Shown one piece after another: positions 1 to 7,448 of a DNA stretch of 53,329 nt. Below the pieces are notes generated by a model. It searched no databases. It saw only the letters and a list, made by a program, of their open reading frames with translations, and was not told the DNA's origin. Each line of letters opens with the position of its first letter. Positions within the stretch are counted from its first letter, which is position 1. Source of the DNA: Maribacter sp. (GTDB lineage: Bacteria; Bacteroidota; Bacteroidia; Chitinophagales; Saprospiraceae); assembly GCA_051275765.1 (NCBI GenBank), contig JBNMOV010000001.1, positions 1 to 53,329 on the forward strand, read 5' to 3'. The position numbers were made by a program, and so were the translations under genes.

Positions 1-1
1 T

Positions 2-154
2 TGGTCAAGTAATCAAGGCTATCCTACGAAAGCTCATCGAAATGCGATTCGTTTGCATGGTGCAACGAAGTATCATAGGAGGACTTTTAGATTGTTGCCA
101 GATGTGGAACAGGGGGAATTATTTAAGGGAATAGACGCTAAAAATCCACATTAA
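2..154 (+). CDS. rnhB: Ribonuclease HII, C-terminal end (5' part lies left of the window)
   Basis: The open frame from the window edge translates WSSNQGYPTKAHRNAIRLHGATKYHRRTFRLLPDVEQGELF..., stop at 152-154. The GY.TK.H...I...G....HR.(S/T)F pattern is typical of the RNase HII C-terminus. Confidence 0.6.
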   Translation, partial: WSSNQGYPTKAHRNAIRLHGATKYHRRTFRLLPDVEQGELFKGIDAKNPH

Positions 155-308
155 GGAGTAGTTGATGATAGCTAAAGTGCTTCAAATTTATTAATCAGAT
201 AACGCCATGATTAACTAAGGGATTTATCCAAAAAAGAATATTTATCAAAGTACTTATTCTAAGCATGACACTATCATTAAGTAAAATCATATAGAGATAA
301 AATTTTGC

Positions 309-1277
309 TTATCTAGCCAAACAAATCTTTATAGGCATTGTAAACTCAACTCTAACAGGTTTTCCATCCTGCCTCCCTGGTATCCATTTTGGCATTAATT
401 TAATCACTCTTAACCCTTCTTCTCCAAGTCCTCCTCTGGGATCTCTTAAAATCACTTTTCCCAAATCTTCATCAAAAGATATAGAACCATCTTTTTCTAT
501 AATAAATCGAATGACTATTGTCCCTTCTATTCCTTTTTCTTTCGCTAATGAAGGATACTTAATATTTTTCATTATAAATGAAACGATTTTTCCGTCAGAG
601 CATTTTTTTCTTTGATCTTTATCTTCAAAATCTTCACAGCCTGGAAATCTAGGCATAGATTCGACCATTTTAAAAATCTTATCATCGGATGAAGAAGGTG
701 TAGGTGGTGCTTTTTCTAATTTATGATCTTTCAATTTGAATTTCACTGGCATTGTAAACTGCATACTAACGGGCTTACCATCCATCATCGCTGGATTCCA
801 TTTTGGCATTAATTTGACGACTCTTATTGCTTCTTCTCCACAACCTCCACCAGGATCTCGTAGAATAACTTTTTTTAAATCTTCATCAAAAGATAGAGAG
901 CCATCTTTTTTGATTGTAAATCGAATGATTGCTGTTCCTTCTATTCCTTTGTCTCTAGCTTCTTTTGGATATTCAAGCTGATTATAAATAAAAGCAACTA
1001 CCTTTTCAGTGGAGCATTTTCTTTGCCTGTCTTTATTCTCCATGTTTTCACATCCAGAAAAATAAGGTTGGCGTTCTGGATTAGTAAAAATGATATCTCC
1101 TCCACAACTTACAGGAGGTGGTTTTAGTACTGGAGGCGGCAAACTATCTTTAACAAAAAGAGCAGCTACATTATTATTCCTTACTAATTCAACAGAAGTT
1201 TGAATTTCAGTATCACGAGCATTACAACTAAACAGTAAAAGAGAAAGAAAAAAGTACAATATCTTCATAGCAGCCAT
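309..1277 (-). CDS. Secreted/lipoprotein with two tandem TonB-C-terminal-like domains
   Basis: Signal peptide with lipobox-like LLLFSC and a Pro-rich linker (PPPVLKPPPV). Two ~115-aa repeats each carry YP..A...GIEGT..IRF.I.KDGS.SFDEDL.KVILRDP.GG.GEE..RV.KLMPKW.P...DGKPV...FTMP.K. Confidence 0.65.
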   Translation of the reverse strand: MAAMKILYFFLSLLLFSCNARDTEIQTSVELVRNNNVAALFVKDSLPPPVLKPPPVSCGGDIIFTNPERQPYFSGCENMENKDRQRKCSTEKVVAFIYNQLEYPKEARDKGIEGTAIIRFTIKKDGSLSFDEDLKKVILRDPGGGCGEEAIRVVKLMPKWNPAMMDGKPVSMQFTMPVKFKLKDHKLEKAPPTPSSSDDKIFKMVESMPRFPGCEDFEDKDQRKKCSDGKIVSFIMKNIKYPSLAKEKGIEGTIVIRFIIEKDGSISFDEDLGKVILRDPRGGLGEEGLRVIKLMPKWIPGRQDGKPVRVEFTMPIKICLAR

Positions 1278-1315
1278 TTTTCAAGATAGATGCTAAAAAA
1301 GGAAAAATGGTTGTA

Positions 1316-2452
1316 CTAAGAAGAAACAGAATCATCCACTTTTTCCATATCATAACCAAAGTCCTTAAAAGCAAAAGCCCAGTGCTTATTTACGATATCA
1401 ATGACTTCATCATCATTCCTCAATTTATTTTTCTTGTAGCTTTTTATGCTCGATAAATATTCTTTGTAAGTAGGTTCCATTTTGGAATAATCGCCTAAAT
1501 TTAATTTTTCATAAATCTCCTTCAAGCCTTTTTCTTTATCCTTCACAAAATCCTCGAATTTTACTTCTAATAGATTTCCTTTTGGAATCAAATGTTTGTG
1601 TGTATTGTAGGAATCATAGACATCCTTATATATTTCTAGAATGTTATTATCTACATCTACTTCTACTTCATCATGGAATTGAAAAAAATTCAAGACATCT
1701 CTATACAATTTATAAGTAGAAGCATAAACTTGATAAGGATTACGATAAATATGGATGAATTTTGCATTAGGAAATTGCTCTATCAAATAAGGAATTCGAG
1801 CAGTATTAGGTGGATTTTTTAATAATAATCTTTTTCCTCCAAAATTGAAGGTGGATGTTTTCAACATTTGGATATATCCATCACTCCATAGTTTTTTATA
1901 ATTCGGATCGTCCAATCTTCCATATTGTTTCCAGATTTCTATCTGATTTTTTGGAGCGACCCACATATTATAAAGGGAGTGTCCACTTTGGCACAATAAT
2001 ATCAATTCTTCTTCCTGCGGGGAATCAATACTGATCGCCATATTATCCATAGGACGTTTGGAAGGCATAATGTTTTTAGCTATCCAAGCAAAGAAATTAT
2101 TGGTCAAAAAAGAGTGAGGAAAAAGTCCTTGAAGATAAGTAGTGTAGCCAAATTGTTTGTCTTTGCTCAATAAATTATGAAGCAGTGTAGTTCCTCCTCT
2201 CCAATGTCCTATAATAAAAACAGGAGACTCGTGAATTTGTGTATTTTCTATCTTTTTGCCTACTCTAAATCGTTCCCACATTCTAAAGGGAATACCAACA
2301 AAAATAACTAATGTCCCTAGAAGAGCTCTAGAAAAATACTTCCACTCAAAGGAATAACGGCTGATATAACTCCACCAATCCTTTGTTCTACAGCCAATCA
2401 TGGAATTAACTCCATTCTTGTTTTTATTCTTTCTTTTAAATCCTCCCGACAT
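1316..2452 (-). CDS. Sulfotransferase family protein (membrane-anchored)
   Basis: GHWRGGTTLLHNLL resembles the PAPS 5'-phosphosulfate binding loop and IYRNPYQVYAS the 3'-phosphate motif. There is an N-terminal hydrophobic segment. The start could be the internal Met (MIGC). Confidence 0.65.
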   Translation of the reverse strand: MSGGFKRKNKNKNGVNSMIGCRTKDWWSYISRYSFEWKYFSRALLGTLVIFVGIPFRMWERFRVGKKIENTQIHESPVFIIGHWRGGTTLLHNLLSKDKQFGYTTYLQGLFPHSFLTNNFFAWIAKNIMPSKRPMDNMAISIDSPQEEELILLCQSGHSLYNMWVAPKNQIEIWKQYGRLDDPNYKKLWSDGYIQMLKTSTFNFGGKRLLLKNPPNTARIPYLIEQFPNAKFIHIYRNPYQVYASTYKLYRDVLNFFQFHDEVEVDVDNNILEIYKDVYDSYNTHKHLIPKGNLLEVKFEDFVKDKEKGLKEIYEKLNLGDYSKMEPTYKEYLSSIKSYKKNKLRNDDEVIDIVNKHWAFAFKDFGYDMEKVDDSVSS

Positions 2453-2674
2453 AGTTCGATTTAGTTGTGCGAATCAAAGGTAATGAATGGCGAACAAATA
2501 AATACTTACAAAAGGTCAATAAGTCATTTTGAATATAAGTATTAACGCTATCAGCGATTTGTCTTCAGTAGTGTTCCTTATCTGAAAACATTAATCTCTC
2601 GACATCTAACTATCTTTTTAATCCATTGATTAACAGCGTTTATAGAATAAATAAAAATAAAACACGTCACTCTT

Positions 2675-2701
2675 TGTAACATTGTTGCAGTTTGATTCGT
2701 C
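2675..2701 (+). promoter_or_regulatory. Candidate ECF-type autoregulated promoter (tGTAAC-N17-CGTC)
   Basis: TGTAAC at 2675-2680 and CGTC at 2698-2701, 13 nt upstream of the sigma-factor ATG. The spacing fits the AAC-N16/17-CGT pattern of ECF promoters. Confidence 0.35.
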
Positions 2702-2713
2702 GACCTATCGAAT

Positions 2714-3223
2714 ATGCAAATGAAAGACTTCACACATACCGTCAACACTTTGAAAGATAGCCTGTATCGGTTTTCTCTGCGTATAGTAGGGCGAACTGAT
2801 GAGGCGGAGGATGTAGTCCAAGAGGTTTTTATTAAGTGTTGGGAAAGGCGAAAAGATTTTGATGCAGTGAGGAATATGGATGCAATGATGATGAGGATGG
2901 TCAAGAATTTATCTATAGATAAGTTGAGATCGAAACATCATGGACTAGAAGATATGGCTCATCTGCCAGAGCATAATTCACAAAGTCCTTCTCCTGCTTC
3001 TCAGACGGAAGTGAAAGATGCAGTGGATAGAGTGGGGTTATTAATACAACAATTGCCTTTAAAACAACAGATGGTTTTTCAATTGAGAGAAATCGAAGGG
3101 AAAACCTATAAGGAAATTGAAGCGATTTTGGAAATACCAGAGAGCCAAGTAAAAGTGAATTTATTTCGAGCACGTAATTATATAAAGACAGGATTGATAA
3201 AAGCAGATGCTTATGGATTATAA
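2714..3223 (+). CDS. ECF-family RNA polymerase sigma-70 factor
   Basis: Region 2 (DEAEDVVQEVFIKCWERR) and region 4 HTH (QQMVFQLREIEGKTYKEIEAILEIPESQVKVNLFRARNYI), with the typical ~170-aa size. Confidence 0.85.
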   Translation: MQMKDFTHTVNTLKDSLYRFSLRIVGRTDEAEDVVQEVFIKCWERRKDFDAVRNMDAMMMRMVKNLSIDKLRSKHHGLEDMAHLPEHNSQSPSPASQTEVKDAVDRVGLLIQQLPLKQQMVFQLREIEGKTYKEIEAILEIPESQVKVNLFRARNYIKTGLIKADAYGL

Positions 3224-3695
3224 TACTATACAAATATTATTAAAAAAATATTGGACAGGAGAAACTTCTTTAAAGGAGGAAAATATATTATTTAATTATT
3301 TTAATCAAGAATTAATTGATAAAAGATTAATCCAGCATCAACCTATTTTTAAATACATAAAAAAAGAAAAAAAGAAGGAATTAAGCACAGTTTTAAATAG
3401 TGAATTAATTCAAAAAAATAATACTAAAATAATTCCAATTAGAAGATGGAAAAAATGGACTGCAGCTGCTAGTATTATTTTAATGTCTGGTTTATTTATT
3501 TGGAATTATAATGCACCAAATAATGATAAAAAATTCGCATCAGTAAAAGAAATACAAGATCCAGAATTGGCTTATCAAATAACGAAAGAAGCTTTAATGC
3601 TCGTTTCCAGTAAATTAAATAAAGGAGCTAAAGAAGCAGCAGGAAGAGTTCGTAAAGTCAAAGAAATCAACAGGTACGTAAAGACAAAAAAATAG
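3207..3695 (+). CDS. Putative anti-sigma / single-pass membrane protein
   Basis: Overlaps the sigma stop by 17 nt and has one central TM segment (WTAAASIILMSGLFIW). The assignment rests on position only; no recognisable anti-sigma motif. Confidence 0.4.
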   Translation: MLMDYNTIQILLKKYWTGETSLKEENILFNYFNQELIDKRLIQHQPIFKYIKKEKKKELSTVLNSELIQKNNTKIIPIRRWKKWTAAASIILMSGLFIWNYNAPNNDKKFASVKEIQDPELAYQITKEALMLVSSKLNKGAKEAAGRVRKVKEINRYVKTKK

Positions 3696-3728
3696 AATTA
3701 CTGTACAGTTTTATATTTAAACAATAAC

Positions 3729-3824
3729 CGTACGAAACGGTCTGACGAGTGAATTGCAAGCAAATAAATAAAGATTAATCTCTTATTTATCTAATATTAG
3801 TGACTCGTCTGACCGCTTCGTAAT
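3729..3824. repeat. Palindromic intergenic element (arms TACGAAACGGTCTGACGAGT / ACTCGTCTGACCGCTTCGTA)
   Basis: 20-nt arms at 3731-3750 and 3803-3822 are complementary at 18/20 positions. The AT-rich spacer holds a smaller nested inverted repeat. It shares the core CGAA(A/G)CGGTC with the element at 4931-5056. Confidence 0.6.
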
Positions 3825-3871
3825 AAGCAACTTAGATTATTTTATTATTGAACATTTTAAATCCAATTATA

Positions 3872-4375
3872 ATGAAGCAGTTATTATTTCTAGGACTGAT
3901 GATGATTTTCACAGTCATGAGTTTTGCACAGGACGATGCCATTTCCAAGTATTTTGAAAAGTATATGGATGATGAAGATTTCTCTGTAGTCTATATTAGT
4001 GGCAAGATGTTTAGCATGTTTGCTGATGTGGATGATGATGATGATGAAGCTAAGGAAGCCATGAAAGGTATCAAAGGACTTCGTATTTTATCTACTGAAA
4101 AAAAGGGCAATGCCTTATACAATGAAGCCATTAAAAAATTCAATGTAAGCGAATACGAAGAATTAATGAAAATAAGGGACGGTAAAGAAAATGTCAATTT
4201 CTACATCAAGGAAGAAGGCGATGTCGTCAAGGAGTTATTACTAATTGTTGGAGGAGAAGCTGCTGATTTTGTGATGCTTAGTTTCGTAGGAGAGATTAAT
4301 CTCAAACAAATATCTGAATTATCTGATTCTATGGATATAGATGGTTTGGAACACTTGGATAAAGTGAATGATTAA
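3872..4375 (+). CDS. DUF4252-like secreted protein (paralogue 1)
   Basis: The ATG at 3872 gives a signal peptide (MKQLLFLGLMMIFTVMSFAQ); the track start at 3848 is TTG. The protein is paralogous to the next ORF (shared ...FEELM...KE.GD.V..LLLI..G...F.MLS..G...). It sits after an ECF sigma/anti-sigma pair, as DUF4252 proteins usually do. Confidence 0.6.
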   Translation: MKQLLFLGLMMIFTVMSFAQDDAISKYFEKYMDDEDFSVVYISGKMFSMFADVDDDDDEAKEAMKGIKGLRILSTEKKGNALYNEAIKKFNVSEYEELMKIRDGKENVNFYIKEEGDVVKELLLIVGGEAADFVMLSFVGEINLKQISELSDSMDIDGLEHLDKVND

Positions 4376-4419
4376 TTCCAGAAAGACATTTTAATTTCCG
4401 AGTATTAAATACCAATAAA

Positions 4420-4932
4420 ATGAAGAATATAATTATCGTGGCATTTATTGCCATATTACCAGTTCTTGCTTTTGGACAAAATAAAAGCATCGAAAATTTT
4501 TATAATAAATATAAATCTCAAGAAAATGTCACTGATATTAATTTACAGGGATGGGTATTGGAATTAGCTGCTTCGTTTTCTGATGATGAATCTGAAAAAG
4601 TATTAGAAAAAATATCTAAATTAAGAGTCCTCGTTATCGAAGAAGGAAATTTAGTGAATGGTAGTGAATACAATCAACTTGTAAAAGAGATTAAAAACGA
4701 TTCCTTCGAAGAATTAATGCAGTTCAAAGAAGGAAACGAAAAGGTAGATATCTTGCTGAAAGAAAAAGGGGATAAAATCACTAATCTCCTTTTAATCGCA
4801 AGAGGGAATGATGGTTTTATCATGTTAAGTCTAGAGGGTGATTTGGATTGGAAGGATTTAAAATCATTAAAAATAGATGTGGAAGGAGCGGAGCATTTGA
4901 AAAAATTACCAGATGATATGCCTAGGGCTTGA
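4420..4932 (+). CDS. DUF4252-like secreted protein (paralogue 2)
   Basis: Signal peptide MKNIIIVAFIAILPVLAFGQ, with the same length and motif layout as the preceding ORF. Confidence 0.6.
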   Translation: MKNIIIVAFIAILPVLAFGQNKSIENFYNKYKSQENVTDINLQGWVLELAASFSDDESEKVLEKISKLRVLVIEEGNLVNGSEYNQLVKEIKNDSFEELMQFKEGNEKVDILLKEKGDKITNLLLIARGNDGFIMLSLEGDLDWKDLKSLKIDVEGAEHLKKLPDDMPRA

Positions 4933-5056
4933 TTAGATATTAGACCGCTTCGCTTTTAGACACTAAATTTTAAAAAGGATAGAGAACAAAGCTCTCTATC
5001 CTTTTTTCTTTTTCTAGTCTAACATCTAAAAGCGAAGCGGTCTAATATCTAATATC
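4931..5056. repeat. Long perfect inverted repeat enclosing a bidirectional terminator
   Basis: 4932-4960 (ATTAGATATTAGACCGCTTCGCTTTTAGA) is the exact reverse complement of 5025-5053 (29 bp). The element fills the whole convergent gap between the DUF4252 stop and the upp stop. Confidence 0.85.
4973..5008. terminator. Bidirectional rho-independent terminator
   Basis: A 9-bp stem GGATAGAGA/TCTCTATCC with a 7-nt loop, flanked by an A-run and a T-run. Confidence 0.75.
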
Positions 5057-5061
5057 TCTTT

Positions 5062-5712
5062 TTAATCCTGCAACTTCTCTCCATAAGCCAAATCACCAGC
5101 ATCTCCTAGTCCTGGCACGATATACGATTTCGCAGTCAGTTCATCATCCAATGCTCCTAGCCAGATATTCGCCTTAGGAAAATATCGTCTTAAATGATCT
5201 ATGCCTGGAGCAGCAGCGATAGCCGCCACTACATGAATCGCTTTAGGCTTTCCATATTGCAGCAGTTCCCTTATCGTGGTCACTATAGAAGCTCCTGTAG
5301 CAATCATTGGATCTGCCAGAATCAATATAGTACCATCCAAATTAGGACAAGAAACATACTCTAGCTTGATTTCAAATGAACCATCCTTATGGTGTCTTCT
5401 ATAAGCAGAAACAAAAGCATTATCCGCATCATCAAAGACATTCAAGACTCCTTGGTGCATTGGTAAACCTGCTCTAAGGATTGTTCCTATGATTATCTTT
5501 TCTTTAGGAACATTAGAAACCGCAGTTCCTAAAGGTGTTTCTACCTCTACTTCTTCATAATCAAAAGTCTTACTGATTTCATACGCCAATATTTCACCAA
5601 TACGTTCCAGATTTCGCCTAAAACGCATTCGATCTCCTTGGATTTCTGTGCTTCTTAATTCAGCTATGAATTTATTAGCTATCGTATCCCGTTCGTTTAA
5701 ATTGAATATCAT
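5062..5712 (-). CDS. upp: Uracil phosphoribosyltransferase
   Basis: ILRAGLPM, the PRPP-binding loop ILADPMIATGAS and the C-terminal YIVPGLGDAGDLAYG, in 216 aa. Confidence 0.9.
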   Translation of the reverse strand: MIFNLNERDTIANKFIAELRSTEIQGDRMRFRRNLERIGEILAYEISKTFDYEEVEVETPLGTAVSNVPKEKIIIGTILRAGLPMHQGVLNVFDDADNAFVSAYRRHHKDGSFEIKLEYVSCPNLDGTILILADPMIATGASIVTTIRELLQYGKPKAIHVVAAIAAAPGIDHLRRYFPKANIWLGALDDELTAKSYIVPGLGDAGDLAYGEKLQD

Positions 5713-5800
5713 GGCTTTCCGTTTTTATTCTAATTATCGCAGGTAAAACTTCCTATTTGTAAACTACTTTCAAGATAAGAAAACTTTGTGAATAAACATA

Positions 5801-6757
5801 TTAAAAAACGCTCTCACAAATTTCTTTGATCGTCGCAGCATCACCCATTGTATAGTAATGAAGGCAAGGAGCACCCTTAGCTTTCAGTTCTTTAGATTGT
5901 TGAATACACCATTCTATTCCTATCTGTCTGAATGCCGCTTTATCATCTTTATATTTATCAAATTCCTTGATAAGTGGCAAAGGTAAATTGACATAAAATA
6001 ATCTAGGCAATGATTTTAACTGCCCTACTTTTGTGATTGGCTTTAGTCCTGGCACAATTGGCATATTCACGCCTATCGCTCTACATTTATCCAAGAAATT
6101 AAAATACCTTTCATTATCAAAAAACATCTGTGTAACAATATAGTCCGCTCCTGCTTCAATCTTATCCTTCAAAAATTCCAAATCTAAATCAAAATTAGGA
6201 CATTCAAAATGTTTCTCTGGATAACCTGCCACACCTATACAAAAATCAGTTTTAGAACCATCTACAATATAATCGTCCAAATACTGTCCATCATTCATGC
6301 TATCGATTTGCTTCACCAGATCTATAGCATATTCGTGTCCACCTTTTTGAGGAATAAATCGTCCATCAAATTTTCTCGCATCACCACGCAAAGCGAGAAC
6401 ATTCTGAATACCTAGAAAATTCAAATCTATCAGTGCATTTTCTGTATCCTCCTTCGTAAAACCACCGCAAATTAAATGAGGCACAGCATCTATACCATAC
6501 CGGTGCATGATCGAAGCACAAATTCCCACCGTTCCAGGTCGTTTACGAATAGCTGTTTTTTCATAATAACCACTTGGACGCTGCTTATAAATGTACTCTT
6601 CTCTATGATAAGTCACATCTACAAAAGGGGGCTTGAATTCCATTAAAGGATCCAACGTATCAAAAATAGCTTTCATGCTTCCACCCTTCAATGGTGGCAA
6701 TACCTCAAAGGAAATATGTGTTTTTCCTTTTTCCTTAAAATACTCTGTTACTTTCAT
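5801..6757 (-). CDS. metF: 5,10-methylenetetrahydrofolate reductase
   Basis: ISFEVLPP, VDVTYH, PHLICGG and ALRGD-type motifs in 318 aa. It is preceded on its strand by a SAM-I riboswitch. Confidence 0.9.
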   Translation of the reverse strand: MKVTEYFKEKGKTHISFEVLPPLKGGSMKAIFDTLDPLMEFKPPFVDVTYHREEYIYKQRPSGYYEKTAIRKRPGTVGICASIMHRYGIDAVPHLICGGFTKEDTENALIDLNFLGIQNVLALRGDARKFDGRFIPQKGGHEYAIDLVKQIDSMNDGQYLDDYIVDGSKTDFCIGVAGYPEKHFECPNFDLDLEFLKDKIEAGADYIVTQMFFDNERYFNFLDKCRAIGVNMPIVPGLKPITKVGQLKSLPRLFYVNLPLPLIKEFDKYKDDKAAFRQIGIEWCIQQSKELKAKGAPCLHYYTMGDAATIKEICESVF

Positions 6758-6879
6758 GTATTGATTTTTAGATAGCAGATTTTAATCATCCAGCAATATC
6801 CATACGAACACTAAATTTTAAAGCATATTTAAACATGCTCTATTCTTTCAATTACATTATTAATTGCTTAGCTATTAAA

Positions 6880-6920
6880 AAACAAAAAGCTCTTCCGGAT
6901 AAACCGGAAGAGCTTTTTTA
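6880..6920 (-). terminator. Riboswitch expression-platform terminator
   Basis: A 14-bp perfect stem AAAAGCTCTTCCGG/CCGGAAGAGCTTTT followed by a T-run on the minus strand. It lies between the SAM aptamer and the metF start. Confidence 0.75.
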
Positions 6921-6951
6921 TATAATGAATTTATTATAAAAGTCAGGACCC

Positions 6952-7063
6952 GGCTTATCTACTCACGTTTTAATGTGATGGGAAGTAGCACCTTCTCAGA
7001 TCTAGGATCTGATGGGTTGCTAAGGTTTCAAAGGGCCAAATCCCTCCACCTTTCTTAATAAGC
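6952..7063 (-). promoter_or_regulatory. SAM-I (S-box) riboswitch aptamer
   Basis: The minus strand reads GCTTATTAAGAAAGGTGGAGGGATTTGGCCCTTTGAAACCTTAGCAACC...CAGATCCTAGATCTG...AAGGTGCTACTTCC...CACATTAAAACGTGAGTAGATAAGC. P1 is GCTTAT/ATAAGC. The conserved GGTGGAGGGA, GGCCC, GCAACC, GGTGCTA and AGATAAG blocks are all present in the right order. Confidence 0.85.
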
Positions 7064-7448
7064 AAAAACAATACTCGCAATGAACTATAGTCGCAAATGT
7101 AAGGTACTTTTTTTCATACTTGCAACTATATCCTAATTTTTATTTAGAAAAGTATTCTAGTATACCTATTACATTTTATTCTAAAGTACTTTACAGTGTA
7201 TTTAGAATAAACACTTTTTTAATGAAGTTGTTTAAAAACTACTTGTTTCGCTGCAAAACCGTATTGCGAAATAATATTTCGTTCCAAAAATATTCATTTA
7301 GCTATGGCTAAACTCCGCTTTTTGGGCCTCATCTTCTTTTGCGATACAATTTTTCGCTACAAACAGCAATTTTTAAATAACTTCAATGAAATAGATCTTA
7401 GTTTTAGGTACTTTATATATATATATTATCAATTCACAATACGCAGCC

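Noticed and set aside
3731-3750. Hammerhead-ribozyme-like core words (CGAAAC, GUC and CUGACGAG) in the left arm of the palindromic element.
   Set aside because: The conserved blocks abut each other (GAAAC-G-GUC-UGACGAG), leaving no room for stems I or III. The order does not fit any circular permutation of the hammerhead. The resemblance is coincidental.
7120-7311. A 63-aa ORF in the metF/AsmA-like divergent region, together with the loosely repeated words there (TTTCGCT(G/A)CAAA direct at 7246 and 7352; GTAT(T/C)GC(G/A)AAA inverted at 7261 and 7337).
   Set aside because: The ORF starts with TTG, is extremely AT-biased and has a junk-like composition. The repeats are short and imperfect (about 10 nt), so I could not link them convincingly to the 38.8/46.5-kb repeat family.
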